This document shows, one piece after another, positions 8,916 through 16,957 of a stretch of DNA of 17,082 bases. The first letter of the stretch is position 1. Each line of letters starts with the position of its first letter. The DNA lies in assembly GCA_035285125.1 (NCBI GenBank), contig JAYKHR010000119.1:1-17082 (forward strand), in the 5' to 3' direction. The DNA is from Candidatus Sericytochromatia bacterium. Lineage in GTDB: Bacteria > Cyanobacteriota > Sericytochromatia > S15B-MN24 > JAQBPE01. The translations under genes and the position numbers were made by a program. A model generated the notes under the pieces. That model did not search any database. It was not told where the DNA came from and worked only from the letters and a program-made list of their open reading frames with translations.

Positions 8916-9797
8916 ATGCCCCCGATCACCCCCTGCATCTGGTGCCCCGGAAATGCCGAGGCGGTCGCCGACTTTTACACGGGCCTGTTCGCCGGCGGGG
9001 CCATTGTGCACACCAGCCGCTACCCCCACGGAATGCCGTTGCCCGCCGGCACCGTGCTGCTCGTTGAGTTCTCGATCGCCGGCCAGACGTTCCAGGCCCT
9101 CAATGGCGAGGCGCCCATCCCACTCACCCCCAGCCTGTCGTTCTTCGTGGAGGCCGATGCTGCCGACGAGGTCCGGCGGCTGTTCGGCTCCCTCGCGGAG
9201 GCGGGTGAGGTCCTGATGCCGCTGGACGCTTATCCGTGGAGCCCTTGCTATGCTTGGGTGCGGGATCGCTTCGGCGTCTCGTGGCAACTGCGCCAGGTGG
9301 CGGCCGCGCCCGAGGGCCCCCGCATCGTGCCGAGCCTCATGTACTCGGATGCCCAACGCGGGCGCGCCAGGGAGGCCCTGGCCCTCTACACCGGCCTCTT
9401 TCCCGACAGCGAGGTGCTCGCCGTCGACCACCACGGCGGGGATGAGCACCTCATCGCCCTCGCCCGCCTGCGGCTAGGCACTCAGCCGCTCGTGGTCATG
9501 GACAGCCCCATCGACCACGGCTTCACGTTCACGGAAGGCCTCTCGCTCAGCGTGTGCTGCTCCGATCAGTCGGAGGTCGATCGGCTGTGGGACGCCCTCA
9601 CGGAGGGTGGCCGACCCGGCCCCTGCGGCTGGCTGCACGACCGCTTCGGCGTCCCCTGGCAGATCGTGCCTGCTGCCCTCATCCACTTGCAGCGCCAGGG
9701 CAACGACGTGGCCAGCACCCGCATGTTTCAGGCCATGTTGGGCATGGGGCGGCTGGATGTGGCCGGCCTCGAACGTGCCTGGCGCGGTGAGCCTTAG
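8916..9797 (+). CDS. VOC/PhnB family protein (3-demethylubiquinone-9 3-methyltransferase-like), two domains
   Basis: ITPCIW, AEAVADFY, FQALNG, DRFGVSWQ repeated as CGWLHDRFGVPWQIVP. ATG 8916 with GGAG RBS. Confidence 0.9.
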   Translation: MPPITPCIWCPGNAEAVADFYTGLFAGGAIVHTSRYPHGMPLPAGTVLLVEFSIAGQTFQALNGEAPIPLTPSLSFFVEADAADEVRRLFGSLAEAGEVLMPLDAYPWSPCYAWVRDRFGVSWQLRQVAAAPEGPRIVPSLMYSDAQRGRAREALALYTGLFPDSEVLAVDHHGGDEHLIALARLRLGTQPLVVMDSPIDHGFTFTEGLSLSVCCSDQSEVDRLWDALTEGGRPGPCGWLHDRFGVPWQIVPAALIHLQRQGNDVASTRMFQAMLGMGRLDVAGLERAWRGEP

Positions 9798-9889
9798 CCC
9801 CCCCGGCGCCCGCTAAAGCCCGCCACGACGTCCGCGGTGGACAGGCAAGCGCACTGAAGGCTCACAAGCCCCACCCGCCCACCCGCTGC

Positions 9890-9918
9890 GTGCCGAGGTC
9901 TCCCTCAGGCGGTATGAT
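9890..9918 (+). promoter_or_regulatory. Putative sigma70 promoter of the HEPN-MNT operon
   Basis: GTGCCG-17 nt-TATGAT, about 25-30 nt upstream of the start. Confidence 0.4.
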
Positions 9919-9941
9919 CTGGGTGTGGCGGCAGGTGGAGA

Positions 9942-10586
9942 GTGCCCGTGTCGATCAACCGACTGAACACCTTTCTCGATTCGTTGAATGCCTGGGAAAG
10001 AGCGTTGTCCGAGGCTTCGGCGACTGCCTCGGACGCCTTTCCGGGCGTGTTCGGTGCGGCCGCCGAGGCGCTGGAGGCCGCCTTGCGGTATGAGGGCTAT
10101 GCGCTGGCGGGCGCGGAGCCGAAGGAGGTGCTGCGGAAGGCTTTTGCTGCACTTTGGATTGATGACGCGCAGCTCTGGCTGGACATGCTTACAGAGACGC
10201 AAAAGCGTGCTGACCATCCCCGCGAGCCCATCCCACCCCATCGCATCCACGCCTACTTCACCGAGTTGCATCGCATCGCCGAGGTCATGAAGACCCGTCC
10301 GAACGTTCCCTCGGCGGTGCAGGACCTGGCAGAGCGCATCGGTCGCCTGCCGCGCGTGAAGCGCGTGATCCTGTTCGGCTCGCGCGCCCGGGGCGACAAC
10401 CAGCCCCGCTCGGACGTGGATCTTGCCGTCGAGGTGGAGGACGAGGCGGCATTGCAGCCAGCCAGGCGCCTGGTCGAGGAGGCGCAGACCCTGCTCGAGA
10501 TCGAGCTTGTGGCGATGCCGGACGCCACGCCGGAGCTTCGCGCCGAGATCGAGCGAGAGGGCCTCGTGCTCTTCTCTCGGAGCTGA
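9942..10586 (+). CDS. Fusion of a degenerate HI0074-like HEPN domain and a minimal nucleotidyltransferase (MNT)
   Basis: C-terminal half has VILFGSRARGD..PRSDVDLAV...IEREG (MNT). N-terminal half has PKEVLRKAFAALWIDDAQLWLDML (HI0074-like) without RNxxxH. The start may be GTG 9948. Confidence 0.8.
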   Translation: MPVSINRLNTFLDSLNAWERALSEASATASDAFPGVFGAAAEALEAALRYEGYALAGAEPKEVLRKAFAALWIDDAQLWLDMLTETQKRADHPREPIPPHRIHAYFTELHRIAEVMKTRPNVPSAVQDLAERIGRLPRVKRVILFGSRARGDNQPRSDVDLAVEVEDEAALQPARRLVEEAQTLLEIELVAMPDATPELRAEIEREGLVLFSRS

Positions 10587-10589
10587 CAA

Positions 10590-10778
10590 ATGGCAAGCAG
10601 GCAGCTGAGTAACTTCGAGAACGCGTTGATGCGGTTGAGCGAGGTCCTCGCAAGGGACCCGGCTGATGACATCGTCCGGGATGCCGCCATCCAACGCTTC
10701 GAGTTCACGTTCGAGGCCTGTTGGAAGGCCATCAAGCGTCAACTCGCCGCCGTCTTCCCCGCCTCCTCACTGCAATGA
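10590..10778 (+). pseudogene. Truncated HI0074-family HEPN (nucleotidyltransferase substrate-binding) gene
   Basis: NFENALMRLSEVL...RDAAIQRFEFTFEACWKAIK is canonical, but the ORF stops at 62 aa. No continuation is seen in other frames. Confidence 0.8.
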
Positions 10779-10788
10779 TGGAATCACC

Positions 10789-12339
10789 ATGACCGCCACC
10801 CCTCCCGCCGATTGGCGGCCAATGGCCACGTCCCTCGGCCTGGAACCCCTGGGCCCCGTGCCCAGCGAATTACCCGACGCCTGGCTCCTGCGGCTGGAGC
10901 AGATGGCGGGGTGGCTGGGCGCCGCCGCGGAGGACGCCTCCTACCGGGGCGTGCTGGGGGAGGACGGCGTGCCGGAGGGGGTGTTCCGGGCGATCGCCCG
11001 GGCCTGGCTCTTCACCGACGACCTCGAGGGGGCCCTCCAGGCGCGGCTGGCCCACGAGGCCGGCCCGCGGCGGAGGTGGCTGGAGTTGCTCCACCGGCGT
11101 GGCGTGCGCGCCCGCATCGAGGGTGACGCCGAGGTCGCGCGGCTCACGGCGTCGCTCGAGCGGGCGACATGGCGCTTCCTCGCCACGGCGCCACCCGAGC
11201 TGCCGGCCACCGACCAAGACCGGTTGCGGGCCCTGGCCCTGCGCACGGTCCCGCTGGCGCAGGCCAACCGCGCGACGATGGTGTCGCTGTTCAAACGGCG
11301 CAACGAGCTGGCCCGGGCGGAGGGGCACGCGAGCTACTTCGAGCTCGCGATGGACCTCCACGAGGCGCCCTGGACCTGGCTCGAGCCCCACCTCGTCCGC
11401 CTGAAGGCAGCCACCGACGGGCCCGCGTGCCGGGCCCTGGCCTGGCTGGCCACCCGCGAGGGCCGGCCGATCACCACGCACTGGGAGCTGAGGGCCGCGG
11501 AGCGCGCCCACACCCTCATCCCCGCGGAACGCCTGGTGGCGCCTGACCTGGCCGTGCTCCGCGCGCTCGACGCGGCCCTCGGCCTGCCTGCCCTCGGCCT
11601 GCCTCACAGCCTGGTCATCCGGCCCTTCGGCGTCGGCGGCCTCTGCAGCGTCGTCGACGGCCACACCGACGTGCGCATCGCCCTCGACGCCACGCGGCCA
11701 CGCCACACCCAGCTGGGCATCCTGCTCCACGAGTACGGCCACGCGCTCCACCAGGCGGTGGGCGCCCGGACCGGCCAGCCCTACCACCTGTGGGCCGCCA
11801 CCCACGGCGAGCCCGTGCCGGCCTGCGAGGCGATGGCGACCATTCTGGAGGCGGTCAAGCTGGAGCCCGCGTGGCTGGCCACCGTCACCGACGGCACGCC
11901 CGCGGAGGTGGCGGCCTGGGCGGAGGCCGGGCGGCTGGTCGAGCTTCTGGCCGTGCGCTACCACCTGATGGTGGCCGCCTTCGACCGCGAGGCCTACCGC
12001 GACCCGGACCAGGACCTCGACGCCGCGTTCGCGCGCGTGCAGCGGGACCACCTGGGCCTGCAGCCCACGCCGGAGGCCGCTTGCCTCTGGGCGGCCAACC
12101 CGATGGCCATCTCCTCGCCCTGCTACCAGATCGGCTACGTCCTTGCGAACATGGCGGCGTACCAGCTGCGCGAGGCCCTCGGCGGCGCGCTGTGGGGCAA
12201 CCCTGGCGTCGGCCCCTTCCTCGCGGCCCACTTCTGGAAGCCGGCCGCGAGCGTGCCCTGGCTGGAGCGCATCAAGCAGGCCACGGGGCGGTCGCTCGAC
12301 GCCGAGGCGGTGCTGCGGGCGCTGGTGGCGACACCGTGA
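10789..12339 (+). CDS. Gluzincin metallopeptidase (M3/M2/M32-like)
   Basis: LLHEYGHALH zinc motif, downstream CEAMA third-ligand Glu, RNELARAEGHASYFE, CYQIGYVLA, W.ERIKQATG..L. Confidence 0.85.
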   Translation: MTATPPADWRPMATSLGLEPLGPVPSELPDAWLLRLEQMAGWLGAAAEDASYRGVLGEDGVPEGVFRAIARAWLFTDDLEGALQARLAHEAGPRRRWLELLHRRGVRARIEGDAEVARLTASLERATWRFLATAPPELPATDQDRLRALALRTVPLAQANRATMVSLFKRRNELARAEGHASYFELAMDLHEAPWTWLEPHLVRLKAATDGPACRALAWLATREGRPITTHWELRAAERAHTLIPAERLVAPDLAVLRALDAALGLPALGLPHSLVIRPFGVGGLCSVVDGHTDVRIALDATRPRHTQLGILLHEYGHALHQAVGARTGQPYHLWAATHGEPVPACEAMATILEAVKLEPAWLATVTDGTPAEVAAWAEAGRLVELLAVRYHLMVAAFDREAYRDPDQDLDAAFARVQRDHLGLQPTPEAACLWAANPMAISSPCYQIGYVLANMAAYQLREALGGALWGNPGVGPFLAAHFWKPAASVPWLERIKQATGRSLDAEAVLRALVATP

Positions 12340-12537
12340 ACGAGCCTCGCCCCGGTACACCCTGCGGGTGATCGTCGGCGGCCAGTTCGCTGGCAGCGGC
12401 GTGCTACTCGACTGCTTCGGGCGCTGGCCGCGCTCGCTGGTCTGCCCGAAGACGATGAGCCTGAGGCGCCCGAGCGCAGACGCTCCACAGGCCCGTGGAT
12501 AATGGCTCACTCAAGGGGCGCGTTCGGCTCCGCCTGA

Positions 12538-12704
12538 TTGTGCAGACGCCGTCGGCACAAATGGTCCCTTTGTGGGCAGGGGGCCCGGAAGTTCGAACCC
12601 CACCAGCCCCCCTGACGGGGTTCGAACGAAAAGAAGCGAATCCCCGCCTGGACTTCCAGGCGGGGACTGACCGAGGGGTGGCTGGTGGGGCAGTGTTCGA
12701 ACTT
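12538..12704. repeat. Long boundary element copy A (dyad, inverted core, terminator, att-like site 2)
   Basis: Homologous to 16958-17082, with 38 bp identical (12584-12621 = 16985-17022). The minus strand at 12679-12702 reads G-TTCGAAC-ACTGC-CCCACCA-G-CCA. Confidence 0.9.
12629..12666 (-). terminator. Intrinsic terminator downstream of the tRNA-like 3' end
   Basis: TCCCCGCCTGG-actt-CCAGGCGGGGA stem followed on the minus strand by TTCGCTTCTTTT. Confidence 0.7.
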
Positions 12705-12908
12705 CTTCCGCGTCGTTCGACTCGGAAGAGCTAGCCCGGGTCGCGTCGCCTTGAGCGGAACAACGCTGCCGGAGAGGGGGCATCCCCTGGGGCGGTGGTG
12801 GGCCATCGCCTGCTAAACTTAGGCCCGGCCAGAGGACGACCCGGTGGGGCTGAAAGCGAACGGTTCAACGTCGTCCAGGAGTTTGGTCTCGAGAGCGTGA
12901 CTTCCCAG

Positions 12909-13817
12909 ATGACCCCGTCGACCCGCATGCACCTCCGGTACGTTTATCGCCTCGAGGATGCCGAAGCCCTGCCGGCTAACCTTGCGCTCGAAGCCTACCT
13001 CGCTGCGCTCACCGATGACCAGCCGGGCGTCGAGTTCCGCAAGACTGAGGCTTTCACGATCATCGAGGAGGCCCAGGTCCGGGCCCGGGCCGCTGGATGG
13101 GCGGGCGACATCTGGTCGAGAGAAGGCGTCGGCGCGGGCCCTTTCGTCTCGCTCTCGCCCGGCAAGCTGACGGGTGGCGGGACCGGAATCCTGGCCTTGT
13201 ACTGGACCGTCTGGGGCGAGGCCACGACCTACGTGGTCAGCACCCTGCTCCTGCCGTACCTGGGCACACCGTTCCGGACCGAGGGCTTCGAGCTGCGCTC
13301 GCCCGAGTTCCTGCACGACATGAGCGCCTGGTGTATCGAGAAGTCGACCGCCCTGCTGCAGGATGCTTTGTACATCAAGCGGGAGCTGGGACGGGCGTCT
13401 GATCTGCCAGAGGGAACCAAGGAGCAGCTCATGCTGCACCTGAGCCACCTCGCCTGGAACGGCACCAAGCTGCTTGCCTTCTCGGGCGGCGGAGAGTGGG
13501 GCACCGACGATGCCCGGACCGTGCTCGAAGAGGAGGAAGGGCTCGACCTGGTGCTGGTCAAGTACGGGCTCCGCGACGAAACAAGCGGCCAGGAAGCGGC
13601 CCGTCTGCTCCGAGAGTTCCTCCGAGACCTCCGGGAGCTGCTCGAAGGCCCTCGCGTGCCGAACCTCGGCGAAATCCACGCGCTCTTGCACGAGAGCTGG
13701 GACGGCGGCGACGTCGTGGAGCAACTCGTGGCCTGGGAGGACGATGTGCAGATGGGCATCCTCTCTTGGGAGGAGTTCTGCGCCCGGGCGCGCGGCCTGA
13801 TCGACGACCAGGGCTGA
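12909..13817 (+). CDS. Hypothetical protein
   Basis: Long ORF with protein-like acidic composition. The start is uncertain (12795, 12897, 12909 or 12927); an extended -10 TGCTAAACT at 12811-12819 favours a later start. Confidence 0.7.
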   Translation: MTPSTRMHLRYVYRLEDAEALPANLALEAYLAALTDDQPGVEFRKTEAFTIIEEAQVRARAAGWAGDIWSREGVGAGPFVSLSPGKLTGGGTGILALYWTVWGEATTYVVSTLLLPYLGTPFRTEGFELRSPEFLHDMSAWCIEKSTALLQDALYIKRELGRASDLPEGTKEQLMLHLSHLAWNGTKLLAFSGGGEWGTDDARTVLEEEEGLDLVLVKYGLRDETSGQEAARLLREFLRDLRELLEGPRVPNLGEIHALLHESWDGGDVVEQLVAWEDDVQMGILSWEEFCARARGLIDDQG

Positions 13818-13937
13818 TGGCCGGCCTGGAATCGACGCCGGGCTTCCTCACCAATCGCTCCAGGCTTGAAGAACCGTCCTTGAGAGGTCCCAGGGGCGAC
13901 GGGTCTGGATAGGCTGAACCCCGAGAGCCACGATGGG

Positions 13938-15845
13938 TCAGCCCTCGGCGCCCTCCACGAGCTGATAGAGCCCTCGACCGAGCCCGCGGAACGTCGCCTT
14001 GTCACGGCTCATCGTCGCGGTCAGGTAGTTCCGCTTGTTGTTGCCGGCGACCTCGAACCCTCTCGCCGCGAGGGCCTCGTCGATCTGCTGCAGCGTCAGC
14101 GGCGACGTCTCTTGGAGGAGCTTGATGATGGCTTGCCTGAGCTCGACGCCGGCGAGCGGCCGCAGGGGCTCAGGCTGCCGCAGGACGTAATGGGCGCCGC
14201 GCTTGGCCCCGAGCCGCGTGAGGCGGCGCTCGTCCGTCAGGCGCGCGAGGAGGCGGCCAGCCTCCTCCGGATCCATCAGGCACAGGTCGGCTGCCTCGGT
14301 GCGGGTGATGCGACCGTGGGCGGCGACGTAGGCCTCGATCATGGCGGCTTGCCGGATGGGATCGAGGCCACGGACCCGAACGTATTCCGACGCCTGGCCG
14401 TAGGTCCGATAAGCCTCGGCACTCAGGTTGTAGGTCCTCTGGCGTTCGCCCTGCGCCTCCAGCACGCCACGCGCGACGAGCGACTCAAGCACCGCGCGCG
14501 CCGCCTGGTCGTTCCGCTGGATGGCCGAACGGAAGGCCTCCGCGTCGAGGCGCTTCGCCTGATGCACCATCAACAGCGCCATCAGGTGCTCCAGCGGCTG
14601 GCGGCCGGCCTGCGCCTCGTAGGTGCGGATGAACTTCACGAACTCGAGGTTGGCCCCCGCGCTTTGAAGCCGCAGCCTCACGGCGGTGTCGTCCGAGCCC
14701 TCGTAGTCGGGGAGCGGCCGGCCGAAGCGCAGCTGGCCCTCGTAGATTCGATCAACGCCGCGGGCCGACGTTTCCGCCAGGCCGATCCGCGCACACACCT
14801 CCGCCAGCCTGGGGTTTCGCGGCACCGGCTCGTGGGTCAGCAGGTTGTCCCGTGTGATCCCCCGGGGAAAGCCGCCCGGGCTCGTGATGAGCAGGTGGTC
14901 CCCATGCCACTGGACGTAGACGGCCCCGAGCGTGCTGTAGTCCCGGTGGAGCAAAGCGTTCACGACGGCTTCCCGGTAGGCGTCCCGGTCATACAGTGGC
15001 ACAGGCACCCGCTGGAAGCCCACCATCACTTCCTTCTCCTCCCGCCTGGCGTCGAACCGGGCCTCCAGGTCCTCGACCTGACGCAGCAGCGGGGACGGCA
15101 GGCGTTCATTCACGGCCACCGTCCGCACGTCGCTCAGCACCTGGAACATCGTCTTGTGGGTCGGGACGTATCGCTGGAGCGCAGCTTCTTCCCCGAGCAA
15201 GAGCAGACCGGCCAGGACCGGCACGAGGCTGCCATCTTCCGAGGTCTCGACCAGCTTGAGCGCCTTCGCCAGGTCTTCATCGTTCAGGGAGAGCAGGCGC
15301 CTGTCACCCGGGGCGTTGGCGATGAACGTGCGCAGCCTCTCGAACTCTCGGGGCGACAGGTCGTGCCACCCGGCCCCGTCGAGCGCGTGGGCGCTGAGGT
15401 CTTCGATGCCGAGCTGGATCCGACGGCCCAGGTGCTCCATCGGGTAGAACGGGACGCAGGAGGGCCCCCGCTCACCGACGACGCGCCGAACACACACGCC
15501 GTCCTTGGTGGCGCAGACGGAGGGATAGGGATCGACCTCGAACGACACGACCATGCCCTCGGGAAGCTCGTGGGCCGCGACCCGCGTGTTGATGGGCGGC
15601 ATCGTGTTGTTGAAGATGGCTGCCTGAAGCAGGACGGGGTTGACCTGTCGGGCGCGCGACGGATGCAGGCCCGTGACCCGTCCGTCATTCTCGACGCCCA
15701 GGAGGAGCACCCCTCCCTCGGCGTTGGCGAGGCCCACGACGTTCCGGTAGAGGTCTGCATCGGACAGGGGATCGCGGTCTGACTTGAACTCGACCTTCAG
15801 GGTCTCTCCGGCGACGAGCAGGGCTCGCAGGTGGTCGTCCGTCAC
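13938..15845 (-). CDS. AlbA_2 (Schlafen-like) + HATPase_c_4 ('RecG C-terminal-like') + winged-HTH protein
   Basis: GETLKVEFKS, LANAEGGVLLLGVENDG (AlbA_2); REAVVNALLHRDY, ITSPGG, RNPRLA, GLAETSARGVDRI (HATPase_c_4); several C-terminal HTH-like segments. Confidence 0.88.
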   Translation of the reverse strand: MTDDHLRALLVAGETLKVEFKSDRDPLSDADLYRNVVGLANAEGGVLLLGVENDGRVTGLHPSRARQVNPVLLQAAIFNNTMPPINTRVAAHELPEGMVVSFEVDPYPSVCATKDGVCVRRVVGERGPSCVPFYPMEHLGRRIQLGIEDLSAHALDGAGWHDLSPREFERLRTFIANAPGDRRLLSLNDEDLAKALKLVETSEDGSLVPVLAGLLLLGEEAALQRYVPTHKTMFQVLSDVRTVAVNERLPSPLLRQVEDLEARFDARREEKEVMVGFQRVPVPLYDRDAYREAVVNALLHRDYSTLGAVYVQWHGDHLLITSPGGFPRGITRDNLLTHEPVPRNPRLAEVCARIGLAETSARGVDRIYEGQLRFGRPLPDYEGSDDTAVRLRLQSAGANLEFVKFIRTYEAQAGRQPLEHLMALLMVHQAKRLDAEAFRSAIQRNDQAARAVLESLVARGVLEAQGERQRTYNLSAEAYRTYGQASEYVRVRGLDPIRQAAMIEAYVAAHGRITRTEAADLCLMDPEEAGRLLARLTDERRLTRLGAKRGAHYVLRQPEPLRPLAGVELRQAIIKLLQETSPLTLQQIDEALAARGFEVAGNNKRNYLTATMSRDKATFRGLGRGLYQLVEGAEG

Positions 15846-15861
15846 GGCTTCACCAATAAAA

Positions 15862-15914
15862 TAATCGGATCAATTTAACCGGATTAATTATATCGTGAAG
15901 GGTGTGAGGGTCAA
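15862..15914 (-). promoter_or_regulatory. Sigma70 promoter with overlapping tandem operator-like repeats
   Basis: Minus strand TTGACC (15914-15909)-16 nt-TATAAT (15892-15887). Tandem 14-mers TAATCGGATCAATT / TAACCGGATTAATT at 15862-15889. Confidence 0.75.
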
Positions 15915-16034
15915 CCTTTGGGAGACTTTCCGGGCCGAAGGCCTGCCTTTCGTCGAAGCGAACGAGGGGCTGATGGATGCGCCACCGTCAGGGACCCGGC
16001 AGGTCCTCTGACAGACGGCAGCCGCCAGGGAGCG

Positions 16035-16079
16035 ACACCCACCAGTGGCTGGTGGGGTGTTAGAGCTTCGGTGGGGGGG
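16035..16079. repeat. att-like site 3, compact hairpin form
   Basis: ACACCCACCAG-tgg-CTGGTGGGGTGT followed by TAGAGCTTCGGTGGGGGGG, matching site 1 apart from a 3-nt gap and small differences. Confidence 0.75.
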
Positions 16080-16123
16080 ATGGATGTGGGGGTGTTGGAG
16101 GAGGTGGGGGTGATTTCGGGGTT

Positions 16124-16444
16124 TCAGGCCTGAGGCTCGATGCCCGCGGGCGCCGGCTGATCCACCCAGGTGATGCGCACAGGCGTGCCCAGCGCCCGCA
16201 GCATCCGCATCATGCGCTCGATGCTGAAGCGGTCCAGATCGCCCTTCAGCAGCTTGGTGACATCGCTCTTGTCCATTTGCAGCGCATGCGCGAGTTGCGT
16301 CTTGTTCCACGCGCGCGCCGCCATCACCTTGCAGATGCGCGCCAGCAGCTCCGTCTTGGCGTCCTCTTCCTCGTGGTTCTCGAAGCCGAGGTGCTTGAAC
16401 AGGCTGCCCTGGACCTCGATGGCCGGCTCGAACTGGTTGGTCAT
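16124..16444 (-). CDS. XRE-family HTH antitoxin (HigA-like)
   Basis: GSLFKHLG...NKTQLAHALQMDKSDVTKLLKGDLDRFSIERMMRMLRALG. ATGA overlap with the toxin stop. Confidence 0.88.
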   Translation of the reverse strand: MTNQFEPAIEVQGSLFKHLGFENHEEEDAKTELLARICKVMAARAWNKTQLAHALQMDKSDVTKLLKGDLDRFSIERMMRMLRALGTPVRITWVDQPAPAGIEPQA

Positions 16445-16824
16445 GGTCTGTCCCCTTTTCTTCGCTGTTCCGCGTCCCACTCGGCCCACTTGAGGCGTTC
16501 CTTGATGAGTTCCACGTCCTGCTTGTCGGTCTTGATGCCCTTGTGAGACTTCTTCTGGAACGCGTGGAGCACGTAGACCGCCTCCGCGATCTTCACGGTG
16601 TACACCGCCCGGTAGGTGCCGCTCTCATCGTGTTCAACGAGTTCGAGGACCTGCCGGCCCCCGAATCCTTGGAGCGCCTTGGCTTCCTCAGGCTCGAGAC
16701 CCATCTGCACGAGGTTGAGCGCCCGGCCGAAGACCTTCTGGATGCCCCGCGGCAGGTTCACGTAGTCGCGCTCGGCGGGCGGGAGAAACCGCAGCTTCCT
16801 GGCGTCGCTGTCGTTGTCTGCCAA
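16441..16824 (-). CDS. RelE/ParE-superfamily toxin (phage Gp49/HigB-like)
   Basis: KALQGFGG..VLELVE....GTYRAVYTVK....VYVLHAFQKKS..GIKT. TTG start at 16824 with GGAGG upstream; toxin-first gene order. Confidence 0.9.
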   Translation of the reverse strand: MADNDSDARKLRFLPPAERDYVNLPRGIQKVFGRALNLVQMGLEPEEAKALQGFGGRQVLELVEHDESGTYRAVYTVKIAEAVYVLHAFQKKSHKGIKTDKQDVELIKERLKWAEWDAEQRRKGDRP

Positions 16825-16850
16825 CCTCCCGACCTCCCTCGTGGCCCCTG

Positions 16851-16866
16851 TGGGTAATTTTACCCA
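16851..16866 (-). promoter_or_regulatory. TA operator palindrome overlapping the -10 box
   Basis: TGGGTAA-tt-TTACCCA contains TAAAAT on the minus strand (16862-16857). Confidence 0.65.
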
Positions 16867-16957
16867 TTTTGCGCCTTTGGCTTGCTGCGAACTTTCAAAA
16901 AAGCGGTCGCGGTGGCTGGCGGTGCCACCGCGGCTGGCCTGGTGAGACCTCGAAACC

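Noticed and set aside
12340..12535. Short ORFs after the peptidase
   Set aside because: No RBS or motif support.
12584..12612. GTTCGAACCCCACCAGCCCC as part of an intact plus-strand tRNA or tmRNA
   Set aside because: The T-stem does not pair and there are no upstream D or anticodon arms or CCA. It is better explained as the inverted arm of the boundary element.
12589..12704. MITE/IS interpretation of the inverted-repeat element
   Set aside because: No target-site duplication is evident, homology between copies extends outside the inverted repeats, and no transposase is present.
13938..15845. Calling this gene recG helicase
   Set aside because: No SF2 helicase motifs; only the HATPase_c_4-type domain that is often mislabelled RecG.
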